Shown piece by piece: positions 1 through 10,635 of a stretch of 60,325 nt of DNA. The stretch spans positions 124,001 through 184,325 of the forward strand of contig JAMDHS010000043.1 in NCBI GenBank assembly GCA_029717555.1. The letters are read 5' to 3'. Positions within the stretch are counted from its first letter, which is position 1. Every line of letters starts with the position of its first letter. Below the pieces are notes generated by a model. It was not told where the DNA came from. It saw only the letters and a list, made by a program, of their open reading frames with translations, and made no database searches. The DNA is from Peribolospora baueri. Lineage: Eukaryota. A program made the translations under genes and the position numbers.

Positions 1-3000
1 ATCGTTCGCAGCCTGGCTCTTGCGGGCCGCGGTCCAACCCCAGCGCTTGCTCATGTCGTCGACACCATCGCCGTCTCCACTTTCGCCCCCGTCCGGCGGC
101 GAGTCTGCTTGCCGGGAGGTCATCGCGGTACGTCGAGCCTCCATCTCCACATATTCCTCCTCTGCGGCCACGACGAACTGACCTCGCCCGAGAGGTGTGC
201 TTCCCGATACTGACTGTTCCCGCGAAGTAGAAGCAGCGCCAACGACCGTATCTCCTCCTTCGGAGTAATACGTCCCTCGGAAGTCGGCATCTGATTCGGC
301 AAACGTGATGCGATCTCGGCCGAGAGCGTAGAAGCTCTGCGGATCCACGTTGAGCTGAGAGAAGGTCGAAACCTCCGAGTACTTCGTCCCGCGAGGGCCG
401 TCGTTGCGCGCAGGAGGCCATCGAGCCTGAGGTACGCGAGGCGTACGCCTCGGCGGCGGCGCAACGTCCTCTGGGAGCGGAGAGAGGGTCGCCGCAGTGG
501 GAGATGTCATCAAGCCTCCCTGGCTCAAAATTCGGCCCTCCTTCCCCTGCTGAGGGCTGTCGCTCGGACCCGAAATTGGGGCATCTGTCACAGTTCCTTC
601 CTGGAACGACGACTGCCCTGCGCTGCCACCACTGGATGGCGTGGAACTCTGATCGTGTGGGATAGAGACAGTGGTGACGGTCGACGGGGTCGCCAACGTC
701 CCACGAGTGGCCAAGCTCCGTCCCGACCCGGGCACGTCCACCCACTGACCGTTCTGCGTGTCCGCAGAGCCAGCTGAGCCGGGCCCGTCGCGCGCGAAGC
801 TGCTCAAACTGGAAGCATAAGTGGACGCGTAGCTGTGTCGCCAACGGGCCGCCGCTGCGGGGCTGCCGCTAGCGCCGGCACTGATGGGAGGTCGCGTTGA
901 CGAAGAGGACGACGCTGAGTAGGCCGACGAAGGGGCGAAACTGGCTCGTCCGCCAGGAGCAGACAGAGGCAGAGATAAGCCCTCTGCGACGGCCTCGAAC
1001 GCTTCGCGTACGTCCGCCGACGTGGGAGCGGGACCAGTGGTGGCGGCGGCAGTATTGGGTGGGACGGTAGCGGGTGCCAGTTGTCTGGAAGCGCCTTCGG
1101 CGCGAGCGGAAGATGAGCCGGAGGCGGTGCGTAGACGCAAGGGGTTCTTGGGAGGGAGCGCCGGACGAGCGCCGGCGGACGAAGACGTCCACGCCACGCG
1201 AGTCTGCTCCGGAGCGACAACGGGCGCCCTGAGCGTTCTGTCCGAGTCGTCTCTAGGAATACCCAAGCTTGACCCATCCGTCACCCGGGGTTTTGAGGCC
1301 TCATCGGCGGCTTCGGAAGGCAAAGGCGGAAGAGGGGAATCGCGCGTCTTGGGGGAGGTGGCGCTATCGACAGAAAGGCGCCCGCTGCCGCCGCCGCCGC
1401 GCTCCGTGCTTTCGGACGACGGTTCCCGCCGGTGAGGAGGAGAGGATCCGGCGAGGGGAAAGAGGGCGGCCGTGCGGGGGGCGCCAGCTGGACTCCGGGC
1501 ATACCCGAGACGGTCTCCCACGCGCAGGCCTTCCTCAGCATAGTCGCTGAAGACGGTCCAGTCGGTGGAGACCGTTTGCGTGGACAGGTCCGAGTACGCG
1601 GGAGAGAAAGCGGCCGTCAGGCCAAGGCCGGTAGCGGGTGCTGTGGCAGATGCTTTGGCAGATGTGGCAGATTCAGGAGGGAGAGAGGAGGGGGCAGGTG
1701 AGGCGTAGAGGTCGACCATGTCTGTCAAGCCCGCCGAGCTCGTGGTGCTGCTGCCGCTCGGTAGCGGGGCGCGCTCGCCGTAGCCGCCTCCATTGGCGGG
1801 GACGCGATCTTGCACTGTCGAACTGGAGTAAAAGGACGCGGTGCTGCTCGATCTCCTCAGCACGCGACCAGACAGCGGACTGCCGCTCGACGACCACGAC
1901 AGCCCACGAACGTGGCCGGCGGACCGGGCCACCTTGGCGCCGCCCAGACCCGGGCTCGTGGACGGCCTGTGACGGTCTGTGGATGGGCAGGTGGGCGAAT
2001 TGACGACGAGGTTAGGGGCGCGAGAGGATACTGAGGGGTGCGTTTCGCTCGCCCAAAAGGAGATAGGGCGACGTGCTCGCGGCCGGAGAGGGGAGTCGGC
2101 CGCCGACAGCGGGAGCGCGAGCAGGCGTGCAGCTGCGGAGGGAGGAGAGGAAGCCGAGCTTCGAGAGCTGCCGGACGGGCGAGGGGCGCTTGCACGGCCA
2201 GCCACAGCCTCTGCGCCTTCACCTTGCCCACTGTCGCCTTGGCCTCGTCCACTCTGATTGGCCATCCCCGAATTCACAGACCGATCCACCTCCTGCCTCT
2301 CTCGGTACCCAGCGTCCGCACTCGCCCTTCCCCCCTCTTCACTAGTAGCACCACCCTCTTGACCACCCCCGCGCTCGGCTCCGCCCGCGCCCGGTGCCGG
2401 TACTGGTGCCCTCTCCACCGCTGCCGCGGCAGTAGTCGCCGAATCGGACGCACCGGAGGTACCCGGTACGGACGCGATGCTTGACGTGGCCGAAGATTTA
2501 TCGGACCCGCTCCCTCGGGCGGGGCCGAGAACCATCTTTCGACCGTTTGTGAAGCTGATCCTCCTATCCAACGCCCCCCGAAGCGCCTCTTGGCCCTCCG
2601 TTGCTCCCCCTCTAGCGTCAGCTGACCCTGCGAGCACGCTCTCTGACCCTGGCGCCGCGGCAACGGTGCTCAGGACCGCGATGGAAACGACGGTCGAGCG
2701 ATCTCGTTCTAGGTTGGCTGTGGTGGGAGAGAGGCCCACAGTGGGACGAGAGCGAGAGCGGCGGGCTGGATCTGGAGGAGACAGGAAATCAGAGGTGGTG
2801 GTGGCGCCGGTGGCAGGCGTGGAGGCGATGGCGGCAGATGGGATGGAAACGAGGTCGAAGTCCGAGTCGGAAACGGAGGTGTCACACAGGGCCACATCGA
2901 TGCCATCAAGGGGGAGGGTAGCAAGAGCTGCCGAAAGAGGCTCTTCGGCCCCCGACTGTCGAGCGAGCCGCGGCCTTGAGTTTTCCTCATCCTCGCCCTC

Positions 3001-4989
3001 GTTCTCGCCCTTGTCCTTGCCCTTGCCACTATCCTCTGCAGCGCCACCCTCATTCCTCCCCAAAACTTCTCCGTTCTCGTTTCCCTTCCCTTCCTCAGCG
3101 ATGGAGAACTCCTTCCTCTCCACGGAGACGCCGGCAGCCCTCCCATCGAACCTCCACCCCTTTCCCCCACCGACCTGCGCCCACGTGCTTCGTTCCTTGA
3201 CGCCCTCCGCGGAGCCAGGTCTAGGCCGAGTGAGCGGATCGGGATCGTGCATGCGGTCGCGGACGAACGCGCGGAAGGAGGCGTTGACGGGGTGCGTCGG
3301 ATCCAGCGTCAGGCTTTCGCGATGGTGTTGGCGGTCCTGGGGTTCCGAGGGAAAGGGGGAGGGATAATTGGAAGAGGCGATGGTGGTGGTGGTGGAGGGC
3401 GGCGACATGCGAACGGCAGAAGAAGGCGCATCCGGTCTCGCTCCGTCTAGTCGCGCGAGCGCGCTCTCCGGCCTCGACAGCGGCGGCGACGCGGGAGAGA
3501 GAAGCGTAGAGGCGGACGCGCCTGTGCGTGCCATGGTCCTCGACCTCGCCAGCTCGCCTCGGCTCCCATTGACAAAAGGGCTCATGGCCCGGGGCGTGGG
3601 GGGCAGTGCATCCATGTACCCCTTTGTGCTCGCCACGCTCCTGGTGGAGCGCCTGGTCGGCCCGGCGAGCGCTGAGCGCGGTCGAGGGACATCTGCGACA
3701 GGTGACGTGGAGAAGGAGGTCGTCGTTGCGGTCGATTCTACTCTTCCGCGGCGTTGTGCGCCTGCTGCTACAGGGGAGGAAGAAGAGGGGGAGGGGCGGT
3801 CGAAAGGCAATGTCGGAGAGACATTCCGGTTGCGGGACCTGTGAGACGACGACCATGTAAAAGATGGACCGGACTTGGAGTGAATGAGCTTGGACGAGGC
3901 AGGTGCAGAGGAGATGGAGGACGCAGAGCGCAGCGACGGTTCAATGCTATCGCGCCCTTGACCAGTTTTGAGCGGTAGAGGAGGGAGAGCATGTCGGTTC
4001 TTGACGAGGTCAGCTTTACGCCGCTGGCGGGAGACGCCTTGGCCCTCGTCGCGCACGTCCTCCCCATCCACCAGGCCATGCGCGCGCTCGGCCTCGTCGT
4101 CGCCGTCACCTCTCGTGACGCTCCGACTCCTCCCTGCGCTTGACTTCCTCGACATGCTGAATATGGCCCTCACGTCTCCAAAGCGGTCACCCGCCCACCT
4201 CTTCGGCTTCTCCTTCTCCTTCCCCCGCAGCGAAGGGGAGGAGGAAAGCCCGGTCGTGCCCGCGAAACGGGAAGAGTAAGATGGTGAGGAAGGGGAGGTG
4301 ATGCGAGCCTCGGTGGGGGAGACGTCGCTATCGACAGGCGTGGAGGCAGTGCCATGGGAGCGGAAGGAGTAGACTGACGCCGACCTGGGATCGGCGCCGG
4401 CGGAGACGTCAGCAGAGTACGCCGTGTTAGGGGTGGAGGGCGAGAGAGAAGCTTTCTCCTCATCCTCCCCGACACCCCCACCCGCGTGGCCCGCCGACGA
4501 AGGAGCCTCTTTCTTCTTGCCAAGACCTAGAAAACCAGAGGAGGATCCGACCAAGCCGCCACTACTTCCGCCGCCAGACGCAGCTCCCATTCCGGCGCTC
4601 GTTTTGGAAGACGAGCCGCGGAGGAAGCGAGCCGATCGAGAGCGGTGAACGGCGGAGGGAGGAACGACGGTCAAGGGTGAGGGCGCTCTTGACGACCTTC
4701 CTGCCGTCGCGGCCGCATTATCCTCGCGCGATGGCTTCCTCGATGGGAAGCGCTTGCGTGCCCCTCTTTCTCCATCTGGCTCTGCACCGACGCCGTCGCT
4801 TACGACGGACGTCGCGCCGTTGCCAGATTCCTTGCCAGCGCCAGCGGAGACGGCATGGACGGGAGAGAAGTCGGAGTAGACAGAGGGGCTCGAGCTCGGG
4901 TCGAAAGTCGGCTCTTGTGTGGGTTGCGGAGACGAGTCGGGGCTAGAGGGGTATCGTCGGTGGACGGATAGATGGGGCAAGCGGGGCAT
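1..4989 (-). CDS. Large intronless Ser/Pro/Arg/Gly-rich, probably disordered protein of unknown function (3'-truncated by the window edge)
   Basis: One minus-strand frame is open from ATG 4989 (MPRLPHLSVHRRYPSSPDSSPQ..., first ATG after an in-frame TAG) to position 1 (...DDMSKRWGWTAARKSQAAND), at least 1663 codons. It is absent from the ORF track because no stop lies in the window. No domain recognised. Confidence 0.75.
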   Translation of the reverse strand, partial: MPRLPHLSVHRRYPSSPDSSPQPTQEPTFDPSSSPSVYSDFSPVHAVSAGAGKESGNGATSVVSDGVGAEPDGERGARKRFPSRKPSREDNAAATAGRSSRAPSPLTVVPPSAVHRSRSARFLRGSSSKTSAGMGAASGGGSSGGLVGSSSGFLGLGKKKEAPSSAGHAGGGVGEDEEKASLSPSTPNTAYSADVSAGADPRSASVYSFRSHGTASTPVDSDVSPTEARITSPSSPSYSSRFAGTTGLSSSPSLRGKEKEKPKRWAGDRFGDVRAIFSMSRKSSAGRSRSVTRGDGDDEAERAHGLVDGEDVRDEGQGVSRQRRKADLVKNRHALPPLPLKTGQGRDSIEPSLRSASSISSAPASSKLIHSKSGPSFTWSSSHRSRNRNVSPTLPFDRPSPSSSSPVAAGAQRRGRVESTATTTSFSTSPVADVPRPRSALAGPTRRSTRSVASTKGYMDALPPTPRAMSPFVNGSRGELARSRTMARTGASASTLLSPASPPLSRPESALARLDGARPDAPSSAVRMSPPSTTTTIASSNYPSPFPSEPQDRQHHRESLTLDPTHPVNASFRAFVRDRMHDPDPLTRPRPGSAEGVKERSTWAQVGGGKGWRFDGRAAGVSVERKEFSIAEEGKGNENGEVLGRNEGGAAEDSGKGKDKGENEGEDEENSRPRLARQSGAEEPLSAALATLPLDGIDVALCDTSVSDSDFDLVSIPSAAIASTPATGATTTSDFLSPPDPARRSRSRPTVGLSPTTANLERDRSTVVSIAVLSTVAAAPGSESVLAGSADARGGATEGQEALRGALDRRISFTNGRKMVLGPARGSGSDKSSATSSIASVPGTSGASDSATTAAAAVERAPVPAPGAGGAERGGGQEGGATSEEGGRASADAGYRERQEVDRSVNSGMANQSGRGQGDSGQGEGAEAVAGRASAPRPSGSSRSSASSPPSAAARLLALPLSAADSPLRPRARRPISFWASETHPSVSSRAPNLVVNSPTCPSTDRHRPSTSPGLGGAKVARSAGHVRGLSWSSSGSPLSGRVLRRSSSTASFYSSSTVQDRVPANGGGYGERAPLPSGSSTTSSAGLTDMVDLYASPAPSSLPPESATSAKASATAPATGLGLTAAFSPAYSDLSTQTVSTDWTVFSDYAEEGLRVGDRLGYARSPAGAPRTAALFPLAGSSPPHRREPSSESTERGGGGSGRLSVDSATSPKTRDSPLPPLPSEAADEASKPRVTDGSSLGIPRDDSDRTLRAPVVAPEQTRVAWTSSSAGARPALPPKNPLRLRTASGSSSARAEGASRQLAPATVPPNTAAATTGPAPTSADVREAFEAVAEGLSLPLSAPGGRASFAPSSAYSASSSSSTRPPISAGASGSPAAAARWRHSYASTYASSLSSFARDGPGSAGSADTQNGQWVDVPGSGRSLATRGTLATPSTVTTVSIPHDQSSTPSSGGSAGQSSFQEGTVTDAPISGPSDSPQQGKEGRILSQGGLMTSPTAATLSPLPEDVAPPPRRTPRVPQARWPPARNDGPRGTKYSEVSTFSQLNVDPQSFYALGRDRITFAESDADFRGTYYSEGGDTVVGAASTSREQSVSGSTPLGRGQFVVAAEEEYVEMEARRTAMTSRQADSPPDGGESGDGDGVDDMSKRWGWTAARKSQAAND

Positions 4990-6120
4990 CGTTCGACGGG
5001 GCGGCGTTTGGGGATGGGGGCTGTTCTATAACCGAGGAGTGTGGATGCGTGCGACTGCACTGAGAGCGAGAGGAAGAGACTGCGAGGAGAGTAGAACGGC
5101 GAGAATGCTGACAGGGTATCTGACCCTCTCCTCCTCCGTCTAGCAGCACGCTTGAAGGCGGGGCAGGAGAAGCGCCGCGAGGGGAAGAGCGGGGCAAGTT
5201 CGAGTGACTGTCAACAGACATGTCGGCGTAATCGACAGCAAGACGGGGAGAGAGATAGGGGTGGAAAGAAAATGGGAATACGGCGCTCACGATGACCAGG
5301 GCGTGGGCGGGTGGCCCGGTGTTATGGTACACCGGCGGGCGTCCGACGGCGCTGTCCTAGCCAGCCCAACTTGGACCGACCAGGGCGGGGTATCGGGGAC
5401 TGCCGAGACGAATGGAAATGCGAGCGAGGGGACGTGGTATGGGTATGTCTGTGACGAAGACGGCACGTCTAATGAGACGGACTGTGAGAGAAGACGAAAG
5501 GAAGAGGCGGAAGTCCGCGGCGTATTCGACTATCGTCGGCGGCGTGGGGTGATCGCTCGATCCGATCCAAGTACGTCGCTGAGAATGTGAGGGCGATGGC
5601 CGGAAGGAGGCGGCGATCGTGTTTGTTGGTCGCCCGACGTCGACGTCGACGTCGTCGTCGTTGCCGTTGTGGTTGTGGTTGTTGTCGTCGTCTTCGGTGG
5701 AGGAGATGGTGGAGGGGAAGAAGGGGTGGTGAGGAGAAGCGAGCGTCCGAGGTGGTGTCCAAAACGGTGTGCCTGCCCGTTCATCTAGCCGCCGCAGCCA
5801 ACAAAGTGACGTGCCCCAGAGCGGAGCGAGGGCGACGCCTCGTCTTGTCTTCTTGTCTTCTTGTCTTCCAGTCTTCCTTCTATCCGAGTCCCGGCTCTTG
5901 CCTCTTGCCATCGCCGATTTCATTGCTGTCGCTCTCGCGCTCTGCTCCTCCTTCTCCCTTCGCCCTTGGATGCCGCCGGTGCGACGGCGCGGACGGTGGA
6001 TGCCCGTGCAATAAATAATAATAACACTTGTTAATCGCCGGCTTGTTTTCTTTATGATTCCTTTTCCCTTCCATCTATCGTCCCTTATTGCGCGGAGCAA
6101 CACCATCCACGCGCCAAATC

Positions 6121-6130
6121 ATCACGTGAC
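6121..6130. promoter_or_regulatory. ATCACGTGAC E-box (Cbf1/bHLH-type site) in a divergent promoter
   Basis: Palindromic TCACGTGA between the divergent left ORF and the snoRNA-host/pseudouridine synthase unit. Confidence 0.4.
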
Positions 6131-6555
6131 CTTTTGACGTTCCAACGCGCGTGCTTAGTCAGCCACTGGGCCTCTCTTTTCTTTCTGAGCCGACAGGACG
6201 GCAGTGGCGCAGACACATCGTCTTTATATTCCATCTCTGGTCGACCGCCGTTCCAAGTGAGTCTCACGATGACCGCTCGCTAGGGTGCATTCGATGTTGG
6301 ACGCCTCGACGCCACGCTCAGAGCCCTACTATTTCCTCCGTGGGCGTGTCCGCCTTTTTCTGCGGGGTAGCGTGTCGTAGGGCCGAGGTTGCTCCCTCAC
6401 CGTCTCTCTTCTCTTTGGTGACCTTCGACTTTGTTTCCCCCCTCCCTCCCATCTCTTAGCATCTCTTCTATTGCGGTACCCTTGTGTACGGCTTGTATAT
6501 TGGTGAGTAGAGGCACGTATTCAAGCACCAAAGCGTTTCCCGCAGTAGACGACCG

Positions 6556-6645
6556 GGACGAAGATTAAGGTCTCCGAGCGAGCGCCGCACCGGGCATCGA
6601 TTCGGTCCGAGCCTCGCTATGAGCGATACTACAACGGTCTGATCT
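6556..6645 (+). ncRNA. Intronic box C/D snoRNA, snR79-like, probably double-guide
   Basis: Inside a GTGAGT(6503)...CAG(6666) intron. Variant box C ACGAAGA (6558); guide TTAAGGTCT + D' CCGA (6565-6577), complementary to 18S AGACCUUAA; C'-like ATGAG (6619); guide ACTACAACGGT + box D CTGA (6628-6642), complementary to 18S ACCGUUGUAGU. Confidence 0.7.
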
Positions 6646-7055
6646 CACCTTCTGCTTCCGCTCCAGACGTTTCTTGTCTGCATCTGCTTTATCGCTCAAC
6701 GTGGGCTCTCTTCCTCGTTCATCCCGTCGCGCAGACGTCTTCTGTCGTCTCCGTCCGGCCCTGCCGTGGATAGTCGTTCGTGAGTGAATGCTCTATCCTG
6801 CATGCATGGATTAATGACCCGGATCCTTATCTACGCTCACCCAAACGGAGGTGCAGCGATTTCAGTCTTATTGTGATGGGAGCTTGTGTCTCTCAACCCT
6901 GCATCCACATCGACGTCGATTTCGCTTGCTGATTACAAATGAATACACACCCATTGACCCTCTCTTCTCCTTTCTTTTCTCCTTTCTCATCTGCCTTTCT
7001 CTCATTCTCTTTCTACCCAGTCTGTCCTGAAGCCGATCTCTGAATCGTTCTTGTC

Positions 7056-9590
7056 ATGCCGGCTGAGGAGATCAAGTTGAGGCGGACTGAGCCCTACTGG
7101 TGCGCTTCTTGCTGTTCTGTAAACGAAACGACTCGACGGCTAAAGCGTTTGTGGAGAGATTCACCGCCAAGTGTCCCTGACGCCACCTCCCTGGTCCTAT
7201 TCCTTTCTTTTCCGTTTCTCCTCCCCATTCCTCCCGCTATAGGTATGAATTCAAGACCTGGACCAAGCTACGGTGGTTCGGTAGAGAGGCGCTCGAAGTC
7301 TTCGCGACAGAGTTTCGGGATCGGTCTGAAGAGTACTATGTGAGTGCGAAAAAGAGAGGTTCCCGCTCAACCCGTTGCGTCGTTCCGCTCATCATTTGAC
7401 CGACTTCGTGCAGAGACACGCGCTGGAGACGGGTACCGTCACCATCAATGGCAAGGTCGCCAACGTGGATACGGTTCTCAAAGACGGAGACCTCATCGTG
7501 TACGCTCGTGAGCCTTTCTTCATGGTTTGCGAGGCCGTCGCAAAAGCTGACTGTTCTTTTGTTTGGCCGGCGGGTTCGGGTTAACCAGAAATAGCATCCA
7601 CCGACATGAGCCTCCTGTGACGGCAGATTCAACCCGCATCCTCTATCGGAACGACGATGAGGGGCTCCTCGTCGTCGTCAAGGTGAGAATGCTAAACCTC
7701 CCTGATACCTCCCTAATGTTGTTGGATCCAGAATAGCTCATTCCGGTGGCGTGCGCGGACACGTTCTACTCTTCTTGGATGTCTCCCTTTTCAGCCTGGA
7801 AGTCTCCCAGTCCATCCAACAGGCCGGTACATGAAGCACTCGGTGCGTTATGTCGTCTTCCATCCGAGTTAGTACATCGTTTTGGACGCCGACCAGGGGT
7901 TGATCTGTTCTTCGTTGCGTTCTCCGCGCAGCTGCTGGAGGTCATCAAGGAAGAACACGGCATTAAGACAGTGTACAGTGCGTTGGCTCTTCCATCTCCA
8001 ATTTGCTCTCAGATGGGTCGCTTCTTGCTACACGTGTCGCTGGTGCCGACTATCCACATCACCCTTATTGTCCCTTCCACAGCTTCTAACCGATTGGATC
8101 GACTAACTTCGGGTGTGATGGTGTGCGCCACAAAAAAGGAGACCGCCGCAAAGTTGGGAGAGGCATTTAACGAGGGAAAGGTTTACAAGGTGCTTTGACG
8201 GTCTTTACCCCACCGAGTCGGCTCTTGGTGTTGTTCTCATGCGCGCTTTGCTCCTTCTGGTCGTGTCCCAGGAGTACGTTTGTCGAGCCGCTGGCAAATT
8301 CCCCGAGTGAGTATCACGGCGCACTTTGTCGTCCGTCGCAGTACCATCTCATATGACCGTCTAACGACTAATTTACTGCCCAGGGAGGAAATTCGATGCC
8401 AGGAGCCGTTGCTGGTCATCGACAGGTCCATGGGTCTTACTATAGTTCACCCGGCAGGCCGAGTGAGACGTGTCTTGTCATCGCTTCTCTCAGACCGTGG
8501 ATAGGGTCGGTTATTGAAAACCCTTCATTTTTCTCCGTGAAGCCCTCTGAGACCTTCTTCAACCGACTTTCATATGATGAACGGACGGACTCGAGCGTCA
8601 TTCGATGTCGGCCGATCACGGGACGAAGTGAGTGGCACTCTGTGCGAGGAGGCGACAGCTTGACAGATTGTAGCGGGCATGAGACAAAGGCTGACTGGAC
8701 CTTTCCGCTTTCCGCCCACTGAATCGAATAGCGCATCAAATTCGTGTTCATCTGCTACATCTTGGACACGCTATCGTCAACGATCCGATCTACAACCACG
8801 CCGCGTGGTCCAAATTCCGACACTCGGACAGCGTGCCCAGGCCTCCCCAGACGCCTTCTCCTCTTTCAGGCGCCGCGTCCCCACCGGCGGCCGAGAGTTC
8901 TTCTTCGTCCAGGACTCCTCCATCCCCTACCCTGCGCCTAGACTACCTCGGCCCAACCGAAACGACGACCCGGACGGCCAACGGTCCCGTCGAGATCCCT
9001 CCCGACGCTGCGGCAGTGATCCACGCGCTGCGGAGTTCGAGAGAGGAGGCGGAGGGATGGCGGAGATGGAGGGACATGGTCATGTTTGGGAAAGCGAATG
9101 CCGAGCGAGAGCTCAATGGCGGGAGCGATGAGGCTAATGTGATGACGACGACGGCTCTGAGAGAGGAGGGAGCAAGTGAGAATAAGGAGGGGGACGGACA
9201 AGAAGAACCATCCCGTGGAGCGGGCAACAACGTCGGCGCGGACGGTAGCTATCGAGCAGATACGCCTTTTGGGATGAGGGCACAGAGGGAAGCCATCGGA
9301 CATTGCGAGGAGTGTAAGATGTAAGTCGAGCGGACGGTGTCCTTGGCGTCCATTGTCATCCCACTCACATCACCATCTTTCTTTCCCTCGCACCACTCCC
9401 CTACCCTCTCAGCCCTCTCCTTCCGGACCCGAAGCCTTCGGAATTGTTCATCTACCTGCACGCCATCAAGTACGCGCTTCCGGGACATTGGTCGTTCGAG
9501 GACGAGTTGCCGTCTTGGGCTCGAGATGGATGGATTCCACCGAAGGGGACGGAGGGTTTGACTGTGAGTGATGTGGAAGGAGATACGTGA
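7056..9590 (+). CDS. RluA-family pseudouridine synthase (Pus9/Rib2-like), multi-exon
   Basis: Spliced exons give YEFKTWTKLRWFGREALEVFATEFRDRSEEYY, HRHEPPV, LLVVVKPGSLPVHPTGRY, catalytic NRLDRLTSG, PITGRTHQIRVHL, NDPIY, CEECK..LFIYLHAIKY. Stop TGA at 9590. No C-terminal deaminase domain seen. Confidence 0.92.
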
Positions 9591-9982
9591 GGTGGAAGTG
9601 GGAGGATAACGTTCGAAGAGGCCACGTTGTAGTGATTTGGCGGAGCGCACTAGGGGAGATGTATCAGGATTCCACGAAGCGAGAAGAAGGAATGGGAGGA
9701 TGGATGGACAAGAAGGACGTGCACGGCGCATGAGGAGCTTAGAGCACTCGCGCGCTCTGTCGCCTCTTGTTCGCTCCTTCCGTCTCTTAATTCTCGCCTT
9801 TCCCTGTTTCTGTTGCAAGCCACGAAACTGAACGATGCGCTTGGGAGGTCAGATGTGTCATCACGACGTCGGTGCAGAGCAGAGCAGTGCGGTCGGTCAT
9901 CTACCTAGAGAAGCAGTTCTGGCTTGGTAGGCGATCTACCTGTCCTACTCCTACCGCTTGACTTGCCGAAACGTCGCGTCGC

Positions 9983-10024
9983 TTCGCTTTCGCTTTCGCT
10001 TTCGCTTTCGCTTTCGCTTTCGCT
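9983..10024. repeat. (TTCGCT)7 microsatellite
   Basis: Direct hexamer repeat in the convergent intergenic region. Confidence 0.9.
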
Positions 10025-10635
10025 GGCCGAGTCCGCCTACACTGCTCACCGACGACGGCAAAGGACACTCGTTCTCGCCGTTTCCGTTTTTCAGCACCTC
10101 TGGTCGAGCGTCGATGGCAGACATGATGGCATGAACCGGGAAGATGGTCGAGACGGGAAGCTTCAAAGAGGCAATTTCCGCGCTCGCATGCCCCCCCCCG
10201 GTCATATGTGCCTATATCTAGGAAATGTTTATCCTAGAGGTGCGGGAGGAGCTCAGCGATGATGATTGTCCATGACGTCAAGCAAATGAAGCCGGAGACG
10301 ACGATGCAGGAACGATTCGCCGCAGTAATCCGAAAAGACGCATACAGTGGTCGGTTGGGGATTCTCAAAACTCAAAACTCATGGTTGCGCCAAGAGCGAA
10401 ACCGACGCTCGGTGACAGAGCGGAGACGAGCGTTCCGCGCGGTCTCCTCGCAGCCTTGGGTTATGATGCATGGCGTGCCTTCCATTTCTCTTCGTATAGA
10501 CGACTCGAAGGACGCGAAGACGGGTAAGGGCAAGGTAAGGTAGTACGGGTGCGGGTGTGAAGCACGGAGGGAGGCGATGCTGGATATGCGTTCTAGAAAG
10601 CGAGTAAACGAGGCGGGAGAAGCTGGGACAGCTTG

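Noticed and set aside
2477..3844. Long plus-strand ORFs (296 and 158 aa)
   Set aside because: Antisense shadows of the large minus-strand ORF in GC-rich DNA.
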